A stretch of DNA of 64,000 nt from positions 11,842,001 through 11,906,000 of the forward strand of contig JBHGNT010000008.1 of assembly GCA_043228905.1 (NCBI GenBank). Reading direction: 5' to 3'. Both the position numbers and the translations under genes were made by a program. Of the stretch, positions 24,001 to 34,904 are shown one piece after another; positions within the stretch are counted from its first letter, which is position 1; each line of letters starts with the position of its first letter. The stretch comes from Azolla caroliniana. Its lineage: Eukaryota; Plantae; Polypodiophyta. A model generated the notes under the pieces. It was given only the letters and a program-made list of their open reading frames with translations, did not search any database and had not been told where the DNA came from.

Positions 24001-24647
24001 CTAAAATCTCTTATCAAAGCCAAAAGCCCTATTTCTATTGAATCCATATTTAGTTTCTTCTAATCTATTACTCTAGTAATCTCCATAAGCTAAACTTTGG
24101 TAATCCCAATCTCGAGATTGATTGTAATCTCTCTTTTCCTTTGTTAATGAAATTTGTCAATCTTTCTTATTTCCATTAATTGTTTAATATAAACATATGA
24201 ATCTGATATCCTCCGGTCGGAGGCCCCGGGGTCCTGCCTCAAGTTCACGTATCCTCGTCGTATTTCTGTGACAACGGATCCAGATAGTTGTACCGATCCA
24301 GATCCGCACTGATTAGTAGCTGATAGCTGGCAAGGCGCCGTTTTGTAACTTGTACCAGATCCGGATTTATGTATAAATTTTACGAAAGTAATAGAAGTTA
24401 AGTGTTGTTACTTTAAATCTTATTGTTATCTTGTTTACTTGCTTGTCGTTTGTGTTATAATTATAAATCCTACGCGTATAATTAAGATCCGGATAAGTGT
24501 GTGATTCCAAAAGGCATTCTGGAAAGTAACCGAATAGTGTTAAGTGAATAAGTTCCTAATTATCATCCCTATCTCCTACCATCCCTTTGGAGACGTGTTC
24601 AGGAGGAACACCCTGTGTTTTGTGGCTAGTCCGGCCTAGGATAAACA
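24001..24647 (+). mobile_element. LTR-like segment whose 3' part resembles the family A LTR; ends ATAAACA
   Basis: GGCGCCGTTTTGTAA, TACGCGT and CCCTTTGG...ACACCCTGTGTT...GTCCGGCC...AACA match the family A LTR in element orientation. The left boundary is unclear. Confidence 0.6.
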
Positions 24648-25121
24648 AACAGGCCAGGTCCGACAGCATTCAACCAAGTGGGAATGCCAACTCTCGATCC
24701 GGCATTAACCAAAATACACATTTAAGAGTTCTCCACGATCCGGCGGGTGGCCAAAGATGGCGGAATGAGTGAGGGATATCCGGCAAGCCGCGGAATACAT
24801 GGTGCATGATTGGGAGGAATCACATGACTGGATACGGTCATTGGAAGAGCGGTTACAGGCGGTTGGCTGAGTAGAAACTCGCTGAAAGAGCCGAGATGAA
24901 GGATGCTCAGGAATAGGGTGCACCAGCCGGACGAAAGGAAGAGGAGACCACACGGAGAATCGGCAAAACAGAGGGACAAGGAGAGAAGGAGGTAGCGGCG
25001 ACAGAAGAAACCACCTCCGTGGCAGACAAAGATCCACTAACCACGACAATAGAGGAACGAGCAGAAAGAGCTCAAGAGGAGAAGGTGGGTAGAGGACAAC
25101 AGACATTTCAACCGCAGAAGT

Positions 25122-28100
25122 TGTAAGAATTTCACTCCGATTCGAAATCAGAAATTGAACTTAGACGCAAACAGGAAATAAGAAAGAACACACAATTTAC
25201 GTGGAAAACCTTGATTCAGGGAAAAACCACGGAACAGAGATTTCACTATGAGAAATGACAGAATACAATCACAGAACAATGAAACCTGATTTGGTATGAG
25301 CATGTACTGAAACCACGATTTCAGTCAAGCTCTTCAAACTCTAGCACGCAGGTGATTATTCCTTCCGAAGCTTCCGAGGCTTCTCTGTCTTTTTCTCTTT
25401 GCTTCACACTTCTTTTCTTCTTACTTAGCTTCTGAGTACGTATACTCTTACACAGCCACTACTGTGCAGAAAACTAGTCGTTCTCAGATTTACCACGCAC
25501 ACACTACTCGTTTTTTTCTCTCATATATATATATATCTCACACCCTCACATACGCTATGTAGGTTTTCCCCTTTTCTCACTATTTCACTCTTAGTGAGTT
25601 ATCCCACATACAAGCGCACTACCAGGCCTGTCAGCATATATATACTAAGTCGTTTTCTTCTTTGAATGTAGAAGACATATGTATATGTATATGTGTGTCT
25701 ATTCGACTGAGTACGAATTTGACTCTCTCACCGAATTCGATCAGCTAACCCCGATTCGGTTCTTTGCAACTGACTATTCTTTTACTTTCCGAATTTCGAC
25801 CAAATTCGGTAATTCGGTTTTTCGGCCGATTTCGGTGATTCGACTCTAATCGGCTTTTCGACCGATTTCGACCAGTCGACACTCAAGTCGACTTTTCGGC
25901 CGACTCCCCCGCAAGGAGGGACGCCTTTACACAACAAACTCCCCTTCACTCATGTAGGGGGAGAACCAACCAAGCCAATCTTATTCCGGCATGCAACAAG
26001 TTTTTCCATAGGCAAAATTTTTGTGAGCATGTCTGAGCCATTTTCTTCAGTGGGGATCTTAGATAGAACAAACTCATTTTCTTCCACTCTTTCTCTTAAC
26101 CAATGGTACCTTCTTTGAATGTGCTTTGTACGAGAGTGGTAGGTAGCATTTTTAGCCAGATGGATAGCACTTTGATTGTCACAATGAAGTAAGTACTTGT
26201 CTTGCTTCAATCCTAGTTCATTCAAGAACTCTCTCATCCAAATCAGTTCTTTTCCGGCTTCCACTGCAGCCATATACTCAGCCTCGGTGGTAGACAAAGC
26301 CACAACCTTTTGCAATCTTGATTGCCATGACACAGCTCCCCCTGAATACGTCATCACATACCCTGATGTGGATCGGCTAGAATCTACATCACCCGACATG
26401 TCAGAATCTGTAAAACCTTCTAGCACAGGTTTCCCGGAGCCATATCTAAGACATACATTCGAAGTTCCTTTGAGGTATCTAAGAATCCATTTCACAGCTT
26501 CCCAATGCTCCCTTCCAGGATTTCCCATGTATCGACTAACTGTCCCGACAGCAAATGCAATGTCCGGCCTTGTGCAAACCATAGCATACATAAGGCTACC
26601 AACCGCAGAGGCATACGGCACTCTTCTCATCTCTGCCTTATCTTTCTCATATTTCGGACATTGTCCTGAATTTAACTTACAGCCCATTGGCAATGGAGAT
26701 CCGACCGATTTTGCATCGCACATATTAAACCTTTGCAAAACTTTTGTCACATATTTCTCTTGTGACAGCCATAGCAAGTTTTCAGTCCTGTCCCGGACTA
26801 TATGCATTCCCAAAATCTGTTTTGCCGGTCCTAAGTCTTTCATGGCAAATGATTTGCTCAATGATTTCTTCAAGCTTGCAATCTTTTTGACATCCTGTCC
26901 AACAACCAACATATCATCCACATACAACAACAGAATAAGAAAGTCACCCTCATTATACCTTTTCACAAATACACAATGATCAGCTTGTGTTTTGTGGAAT
27001 CCATGTTCCAACATGAAGGACTCAAATTTCTTATACCATTGTCGTGGAGCTTGCTTTAAACCATACAAGCTTTTCTTCAACCTACACACGAGATTTTCTT
27101 TTCCTTTTACCTCAAAGCCCTCCGGTTGTTGCATATATATTTCCTCTTCTAGCTCACCATGCAAGAAGGCTGTTTTAACATCTAGTTGTTCGATTTCAAG
27201 ATTCATACTAGCGGCCATACTCAAGACAGTCCGAATAGAGGTCATTTTTACAACTGGGGCAAAAATCTCATCAAAGTCAACACCCTTTTTCTGTTGGAAA
27301 CCCTTTACGACGATACGGGCCTTATACCTGGGTGTACTACCATCTTCACCAGTCTTTAATTTGTAGACCCATTTGTTTCTAAGTTCCTTCTTACCATCAG
27401 GCAACTCCATCAGCTCATAAGTTAGGTTCTCATGCAAGGAATCCATTTCTTCTTGCATGGCATTATACCATTTCTCCTTGTGTACATCAGTCATGGCCTC
27501 TTCATAGCATTCTGGTTCCCCTTCATCAGTCAAGAGAACATATTGACTGGCTGGATATCTAGAAGAGACCTTCCTTTGTCTTCGTGGATATCTTCTCCCT
27601 TCAATAATTGGCTGATGGCCGTTTTCTTCCAGCAACTCATCTTCCGACTCCAATTCGTGTGTATCAGTAAGATGTTGGGTGTCGACCGACTCAGATTGTT
27701 GTTGGGTGTCGACCGACTCAAATTCAATTTCATTAGCCGATTGTTGTGTGTGAGTCGGATCGACTAGTATTGACTCCATAGCAGTGATCGATTTGGGAGA
27801 CGACTCTGGTCTTTGTTGCTCCCAGTCCTCGATTGTCTTGTCTTCCATGAATATGACATCTCGACTTCTTATCACTTTCTTGTCAAGGAGATCCCACATT
27901 CTGTACCCGAACTCATCTTCTGAGTACCCCAAGAATATACAAGGTTTGGACTTGCTATCCAGTTTTGACCTCTGATCTTTAGCAACATGTACATAGGCCA
28001 AACATCCAAACACCTTTAAGTGCTGATAAGACACATTTCTCCTTGTCCACACTCTTTGTGGTACATCCCCCTTCAAAGGCACTGATGGAGACCTGTTTAT

Positions 28101-30802
28101 GAGATAAACAGCAGTCAACATTGCTTTAGCCCAATATGATTTTGGCAATTTTGCATGTGCCAACATGCTTCTTACCCTTTCCATTATGGTCCGATTCATT
28201 CTTTCTGCTAGACCATTTAGCTCAGGTGTCTTCGGCACCGTATACTCAAGTTTGATGCCTTGAGTCTTGCAATACATCTCAAATTGGCCTCTATATTCGC
28301 CACCGTTATCTGTCCGGACAGCCTTCAGCTTTTGTCCGGATTCTCTTTCTGCCCTGGCATGAAACTCTTTAAAGACCGACAACACTTGGTCTTTAGACAC
28401 CAGCACATAAGCCCACACTTTCCTACTGAAGTCATCAATAAATGTGACAAAGTATTGTCCTCCACGATGAGATGGGGCATCAACATAACATACATCGGTG
28501 TGAACCAACTCTAAGGCATGCTCTCTCCTCATTGGAGGCCTAGAGTGAAACGTTGTTCTATTTTGCTTTCCAGCCAGGCAATCCACACACTTTTCCAAAT
28601 GCACTCCTTTCACCTCTGGTAGGAAATCCTTTTCCGCAAGGATATGCATTCCCCTTTCACTCATATGTCCGAGCCTTTTATGCCACAACTCACCATCTGA
28701 GCCAGCCACTACATTTGCTTCCTCTCGACACAACTTCCCATGCATTACATATAGTGTGTTCTGTTTTTGGGCTCGAGCCACGATCAGGCTCCCTTTACAG
28801 AACTTCCATGAACCATTTTGGAAGCCACCGTTGTACCCTTCATCGTCTAGCCGTCCAGCCGATATCAAGTTAAACCTGACATCCGGAACATGACGTACAT
28901 CCTTCAACATTAACCTGCAGCCTGTAGATGTTAGCAAGCACACAGTTCCTATGCCCACAATCTTGCATTCCCCGTCATTTCCCATCTTTACATGACCATA
29001 GTCACCTGCTGTGTAGGATGAGAAACATTCTCTTTTGGGAGTTAGGTGAAATGATGCACCGGAATCCACTACCCATGAGCTCTCAGCACTTGCAAGATTC
29101 ACACTAGCTTGTTCACATATGAACAACATCTCTTCCTCACTAGTTACGATGGCTGAGGTATTTTTATCATCGGAGATTTTTCTAGGTTCGATCTCATCAG
29201 CCATGCCTTTGTACTTCCTAAGGTGTCGACAATTCTTTTGGAAGTGACCAGGCTTCCCACAATAAAAACATGTAGGTCTTCCTCTAGATTTCGACCTAAA
29301 CCTATCCCCATTTTCTAGACTTCTATGTTCTCTTCTACCTCTACTAAATTCTTGGGTCACATTTGCCTCCGATTGAGATAAAGCACTTTTATCCTTTCTT
29401 CTTGTCTCTTCATTTAGAATAGTCGTTTTTACTACTTGTAAGGATAAGTTGTCTTCTTTACATGAAGTGCTGAGTGTTACTATTAGGTTTTCCCAACTAT
29501 CGGGTAGAGTACATAATAATAGTGTGGCCTGCATACAATCATCTAATGGGAACTTTGATGATGCTAACTGATTCACTAGTCCCATAAACGCACTAATGTG
29601 CTCTACTATACTCTCCCCGTCTACATACTTCAGTCTCACTATCTTCCTCATCAAGAAGGTCTTATTTAAGGCATTTTTCCTTTCATAGAGAGCGGAAAGC
29701 TTATGCCATAGCTCGAAGGCATTTGTGTCACTCGCTACATGTTGTAGGACACTAATGTCTACACATTGTCTTATGGTCGCCACTGCCTTCCTATTTAGGA
29801 TTCTCCACTCCGAATCTATTACCCCCTTTGGTATATCCTTGTTTTCTATAGGCTCATACAAGTCTTTTACTATTAGGAGATCTTCCATTTTGATCTTCCA
29901 ATCTGAATAGTTTTGTGAGTTCAAGACAAACATCCCAGGAAAGCCACTCACGCTCCCTTCCATCTAGAACCTATGCTCTGATACCAGTTTGTAAGAATTT
30001 CACTCCGATTCGAAATCAGAAATTGAACTTAGACGCAAACAGGAAATAAGAAAGAACACACAATTTACATGGAAAACCTTGATTCAGGGAAAACCCATGG
30101 AACAGAGATTTCACTATGAGAAATGACAGAATACAATCACAGAACAATGAAACCTGATTTGGTATGATCATGTACTGAAACCACGATTTCAGTCAAGCTC
30201 TTCAAACTCTAGCACGCAGGTGATTATTCCTTCCGAAGCTTCCGAGGCTTCTCTGTCTTTTTCTCTTTGCTTCACACTTCTTTTCTTCTTACTTAGCTTC
30301 TGAGTACGTATACTCTTACACAGCCACTACTGTGCAGAAAACTAGTCGTTCTCAGATTTACCACGCACACACTACTCGTTTTTTTCTCTCATATATATAT
30401 ATCTCACACCCTCACATACGCTATGTAGGTTTTCCCCTTTTCTCACTATTTCACTCTTAGTGAGTTATCCCACATACAGGCGCACTACCAGGCCTGTCAG
30501 CATATATATACTAAGTCGTTTTCTTCTTTGAATGTAGAAGACAGATGTATATGTATATGTGTGTCTATTCGACTGAGTACGAATTTGACTCTCTCACTGA
30601 ATTCGATCAACTAACCCCGATTCGGTTCTTCGCAACTGACTATTCTTTTACTTTCCGAATTTCGACCAAATTCGGTAATTCGGTTTTTCGGCCGATTTCA
30701 GTGATTCGACTCTAATCGGCTTTTCGACCGATTTCGACCAGTCGACACTCAAGTCGACTTTTCGGCCGACTCCCCCACAAGGAGGGACGCCTTTACACAA
30801 CA
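25122..30802 (-). mobile_element. Intact Ty1/copia element (Tnt1/Tork-like)
   Basis: LTRs 25122-25936 and 29990-30802 (about 11 substitutions and one TA indel), TSD GAAGT, PBS TGGTATCAGAGC 29975-29986, PPT AGTGAAGGGGAG ~25939-25950. Confidence 0.97.
25950..29963 (-). CDS. Copia Gag-Pol polyprotein (1337 aa, uninterrupted)
   Basis: CFYCGKPGHFQKNC; WVVDSGAS; WHKRLGH, HTDVC, RTDNGGEY; QLDVKTAFLHG, YGLKQAPRQW, YVDD; TDSD, CDNQSA. Confidence 0.97.
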   Translation of the reverse strand: MEGSVSGFPGMFVLNSQNYSDWKIKMEDLLIVKDLYEPIENKDIPKGVIDSEWRILNRKAVATIRQCVDISVLQHVASDTNAFELWHKLSALYERKNALNKTFLMRKIVRLKYVDGESIVEHISAFMGLVNQLASSKFPLDDCMQATLLLCTLPDSWENLIVTLSTSCKEDNLSLQVVKTTILNEETRRKDKSALSQSEANVTQEFSRGRREHRSLENGDRFRSKSRGRPTCFYCGKPGHFQKNCRHLRKYKGMADEIEPRKISDDKNTSAIVTSEEEMLFICEQASVNLASAESSWVVDSGASFHLTPKRECFSSYTAGDYGHVKMGNDGECKIVGIGTVCLLTSTGCRLMLKDVRHVPDVRFNLISAGRLDDEGYNGGFQNGSWKFCKGSLIVARAQKQNTLYVMHGKLCREEANVVAGSDGELWHKRLGHMSERGMHILAEKDFLPEVKGVHLEKCVDCLAGKQNRTTFHSRPPMRREHALELVHTDVCYVDAPSHRGGQYFVTFIDDFSRKVWAYVLVSKDQVLSVFKEFHARAERESGQKLKAVRTDNGGEYRGQFEMYCKTQGIKLEYTVPKTPELNGLAERMNRTIMERVRSMLAHAKLPKSYWAKAMLTAVYLINRSPSVPLKGDVPQRVWTRRNVSYQHLKVFGCLAYVHVAKDQRSKLDSKSKPCIFLGYSEDEFGYRMWDLLDKKVIRSRDVIFMEDKTIEDWEQQRPESSPKSITAMESILVDPTHTQQSANEIEFESVDTQQQSESVDTQHLTDTHELESEDELLEENGHQPIIEGRRYPRRQRKVSSRYPASQYVLLTDEGEPECYEEAMTDVHKEKWYNAMQEEMDSLHENLTYELMELPDGKKELRNKWVYKLKTGEDGSTPRYKARIVVKGFQQKKGVDFDEIFAPVVKMTSIRTVLSMAASMNLEIEQLDVKTAFLHGELEEEIYMQQPEGFEVKGKENLVCRLKKSLYGLKQAPRQWYKKFESFMLEHGFHKTQADHCVFVKRYNEGDFLILLLYVDDMLVVGQDVKKIASLKKSLSKSFAMKDLGPAKQILGMHIVRDRTENLLWLSQEKYVTKVLQRFNMCDAKSVGSPLPMGCKLNSGQCPKYEKDKAEMRRVPYASAVGSLMYAMVCTRPDIAFAVGTVSRYMGNPGREHWEAVKWILRYLKGTSNVCLRYGSGKPVLEGFTDSDMSGDVDSSRSTSGYVMTYSGGAVSWQSRLQKVVALSTTEAEYMAAVEAGKELIWMREFLNELGLKQDKYLLHCDNQSAIHLAKNATYHSRTKHIQRRYHWLRERVEENEFVLSKIPTEENGSDMLTKILPMEKLVACRNKIGLVGSPPT

Positions 30803-32829
30803 GAAGTAGTAGTGTCAGCCAGAGTGATGCAACTCAAAGGTCTGCAAGAAGAATTAGCGGCACAGATGGCCATGACAGACAAAGAAAAAAGAGAGAAAGA
30901 GGCGACTATGGAGGCAATGCAGCGACTGATGCCGGAGCTAGAGTGGGCACGGGACAGCTATACCCGGTTAAAAGAAAGAAGCTCATGATGAACTAATGGA
31001 GGACAATGGACAGGTTTAGGGTGAGATTCTTCAACTCGCTATGGAGAACCCACTACTTCGGGAGGAAAATGAGCGTCTGGTGGAGGAACAACGGTAGCTT
31101 AAGGAAGACTTACAACGACAGAGAGAGAATTTCAGGAAGGAGGCTGATGAAGAGTTGGCATGGCTACGGGCTTAGCAGACAAGGCGGTTGGAGGAGAAAC
31201 AAACCGACTATGACAAGTTGTACAACGAATTCAAGAAGCTCTCGATTGATCGTGAGCACTACTTGCAAAGGAAATTGAAGGAAGTACAAGCCGAGCTAGG
31301 AAAGTGAGAGGAAGCCCTTTGGAACCAAAAATCGCAGCTAGAGGCGGAAATTGGAAATTGTTCGCCTGAGAACTGAAGCTAATGAAGAATGAGAGTGGCT
31401 GGCAAGGGAAAGAGACGAAGCGGTGGATGCCAGCAAGTGAACCCTGGAGAAAGTTGTAAAGACTTACAACTCTCATATTCAAAACTATGAGATTGACGTG
31501 CTGATGGCAATGACGACAATCAAAAAATTGAAGAAGGACGAACAAGAAGCAACAAACAAGGCGGAAATGGGAGCCAAAAGGATTAAAGTCCTTATACCGA
31601 AATGGAAAAAACGACTAGAGGATATATGGTGGAGGAAATCTCGAGTGGGGTATGAAGGCATGGATGGCCCAAGCGGCAGAATTGCAAGTGTATAGTGCGG
31701 ATCAGGAAACCAGACAGAAGACTGGCAAGGGTTTTTATAAGATGGATGAGAAGAATATCGCAGCATTGCGGGAAGACCTAACGAATGAGTATCGGGCAAG
31801 TACTTATCACAGAGGAGGATGAGCCGATCGTCGTGGAAAGTGAGGAACAACAAGACAAGATTATCGAGCTGGAACCTTTGGAACTGGGGCAAAACAATGA
31901 GGAAGTAGTATAGATGGAGACATGCCATATGCCACGACAGGAGCTAGAAGACGAATTCGCGGAAATAGGGGATCAGGTGGCGTAGTTCATCAGTGGAATA
32001 ACAAAGGAGTAGCCGCAGTTAGAAGCACTAAACGAAAACGTTGAGAAGCAGCCAACTCAAGTGGGGGAACCAGCACAGGCCGAAGCGGACATGGGAGACA
32101 AGGAACCAGAGCCATGTATGATGCAAATTTTGAAGGAGAACTAAGGCTCATTTTGTGGGTTCACCGCGCAAGGCACTGTCCCAGGGGCGTGCCATGTGTT
32201 ACCCTTAGGAAGCTACCAAGTGGACAACATGGAAGAGTGAAGTGTGAAAGATCTGATGCCGAATTGGACAAGGACGAAAGCGGTGTGAAGCCGAAGTGGA
32301 TATATATATATATATAACTAAGTAAATATAGGAAATATAGTCTTTTGTAATCATCTTTAATAGGAATATTCGTAGTGCGAATAGATGTGTTGATTAGGAT
32401 TAGAGTTTGAATAGACATGCCGATTCGAAACAACGGCTAATATAATCTGACATGCTTACCTTGAAAAAGGGGGCATGAACATTGTAATTCTTCATCTGTT
32501 AATGAATTTTGTATTGCCTTGCGTTTCTACTTACAGTACCACCATATCTTTGTGTTAAGTCTTTGCATTATTCTTTGTGTGACGGACTAGTCGGCGGTGT
32601 GGCCGATCCAGATTCCAATTAGTGTCTGATTCGGACTGTGAAGTTGTTACGTTGGGTCGGACAATGTGAAGAGCGGCCAAACCCTATTCTCTCATGGACT
32701 ATAATCTAATCTGACTATTGCTAATATATCATTGTGTTCCCTGTAACTTTGCCATCATTCCTACCACAATCATTGGTGAAGGTTACTCAGTGATTGAGTT
32801 TCGACCCGTGCTCCTAGGGATTAGGAACA

Positions 32830-33240
32830 GATAGATAGATAGATTCTATTATTGTCTTTAGAGGTCAAATAGGACCTATGAGACCAAAAATAATACATTT
32901 CACGTGATACATGTGAAAGTGAGTAGTGACTTTCGATGTTCAAGAACTTTACGAATGAATGTTGGAATCGAGAGTGCACATTGTGGTTGTGAGAGAAATT
33001 CATGCAAAGATTGGGCTTGGTCGAAGATTTGTGGAAAGCATGGTTGAATATGATTAAAGGTAGAGCATTGTATCAAAGTGTGATATTCAGACTCTCGAAC
33101 TTGTTTAGGGCAAAGTTTGCATAGTCGACTACTCTCATCACTTGTGCCCCAACCCCCCGTCTCACATCGCAATGCATGTGAGCTAAGTCGAATAGAAGCA
33201 ATGGTTCGGATAGCAAATAACGAAATGGGCTCTAACATGT
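32830..33240 (-). mobile_element. 5'-truncated RTE/RTEX-like LINE 3' end with (TCTA)n tail
   Basis: IRLSSHALRCETGGW...CKLC...ESEYHTLIQC C-terminal motif, with GATA repeats at the tail. A shorter copy lies at ~33843-33970. Confidence 0.65.
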
Positions 33241-33290
33241 ATCGATGTGTACGGTTTCCTTGTTCAGCGAAGAGAGAGAGAGAGAGAGAG

Positions 33291-33475
33291 ATGTAGCTCA
33301 GTTGGTAAGGTTGCCCAATGGAGACCAGGTGGTCATGGGTTCAACCCCTACATTCCACAATGGCATCTAGTGAATTAAGAGATATATAAGAAGTATATAA
33401 AAGAGAGGTGAAGAAGTTGGGTTTCGAACCCACAACACAGTGCTTGTAGTGCTAATAACTTACCACTAGGGTAAG
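33291..33475. other. Two convergent tRNA-like (A box/B box) sequences between (GA)n tracts; SINE-like
   Basis: Plus strand: TAGCTCAGTTGG...GGTTCAACCCC (33291-33357). Minus strand: TACCCTAGTGG...GGTTCGAAACC (33418-33475). Anticodon arms do not fold canonically. Confidence 0.6.
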
Positions 33476-34904
33476 GTAATTACGATAAAAGAGAGAGAGA
33501 GAGAGAGAGAGAGATCATTGATACCATTTTAGAGTGTTGCTCTAGGACACCCATATGTCATGTTTAGAGGATGCATGCATTCTTATTTGGCACTCGCACA
33601 CTAGTATGAGAGCAAAGACATATTACGTGATTGAGAGAGAGGTAGTTAGGTTTGGTTTTTCTCAGCATTGGAAACTTTTGGAATTTGCCAAACTAAGAGG
33701 TTCAAAAATGTGTTTTGGACCTCTTCACTAACCATATTCAAACAATGAATTAACCCCTTCACCAACCATCCTCTTAGGTGTGGTCTTCTAAGTTATGTGT
33801 AGTTTTCATTCCATCATCAATTGAGAGAGAGAGGGAGGGAGAGATAGATTTTATTATCAATTTCAAAGGTCAACTATGACCTATGAGACGAAAAATATTA
33901 CATTTCACATTATACATGTGAAAGTGAGTAGTGACTCGATTTGCAAGAACTTTACAAATAAATGTTGCAAAGAATCTTCCATTTGTCTCTAAAGAATCTC
34001 ACAAGGTATCATATCAAAAGCTTTCTTGAAGTCTTTGAAACAATAATAATAATGCAAAGACTTATATTTCATGCAACTTCCTTTATTAATACTTGAAGGG
34101 TGACAAAGTGATTAATGGTGTTATGGTGTTTTTGAAAGCTAACTTCTCTATAATCTTTGTTACCATTTTGTTCAACCCATGCATTTATCTCTGATTTTAC
34201 CATTAGCGAGCAAACCATGATGGTTCAATAGTTGTTTACAATATTTACATCTCCACCTTTATGTAAAGTTTGATCCAATTTGTAGTTTATTGTAGGGCAT
34301 GCTATGTTGCAATGCATAGCTAAACATATCCCTTATCAATGCATGTACTCCCTTTCTTGACCACATAAGCATTTTAACCTTTATACATTGAAGCCCTCTT
34401 GCCTTTCGAGAGGCCAATATTCTTAAGTCTTATGTGCTCATCTTCAATCGTAAAGAAGGGAGACATATGTGAAAGAGAACCATAACGCATCATCTTTCTC
34501 GAAATTCATAGCTCTTATAAATTCTTTAAAATGCATAGACAAATCCAAAAGTGTTAGGTCATCATAACCTTCAACAGAGTTTCCATTTAGATTCCCCCCA
34601 AATTGAGTACATGCATGTGCTTTTTCTTGTGTTTGGAGAAATTGTTAGTAACTCCCATATATTCTTCTCTTCTTTGAATAAGTCTTTTGTACTCAAGCAA
34701 ATGTTTTTGAGAATTTTCCTTATCCTTAACAACATCCAAAATCATAAGGCACTTTTGAGCTTCATGACATTCTTTTTTTTTTATACATAAAACTACACCA
34801 TAGTTTCCATTACCAATGCAATAAGCAAATACAAACCTATAATAGTACATTTTAGTGGTGGGTAAGATATTCCCCCTTATGTCAAAATTGAAACGAACCT
34901 CCAC

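Larger units (their letters stand above)
24648..32829 (+). mobile_element. 3' part of an old family A-like element: decayed coiled-coil ORF (split by the copia), hairpin motif, LTR 32197-32829
   Basis: QLKGLQEELAAQ at ~30830 resembles QELAELREELAAQ. Motif at 32157-32196; LTR TGTTACCC...GGAACA. Confidence 0.65.

Noticed and set aside
26197-28873. Plus-strand ORFs opposite the copia polyprotein
   Set aside because: Antisense shadows of the real ORF.
33291-33357. Functional tRNA gene
   Set aside because: The anticodon arm does not pair and the acceptor stem is incomplete; treated as tRNA-derived only.
34587-34904. ORF abutting the L1 ORF2 stop as a possible third LINE ORF
   Set aside because: Short, no motif, and not shared by the related L1 end at 46520-46774.
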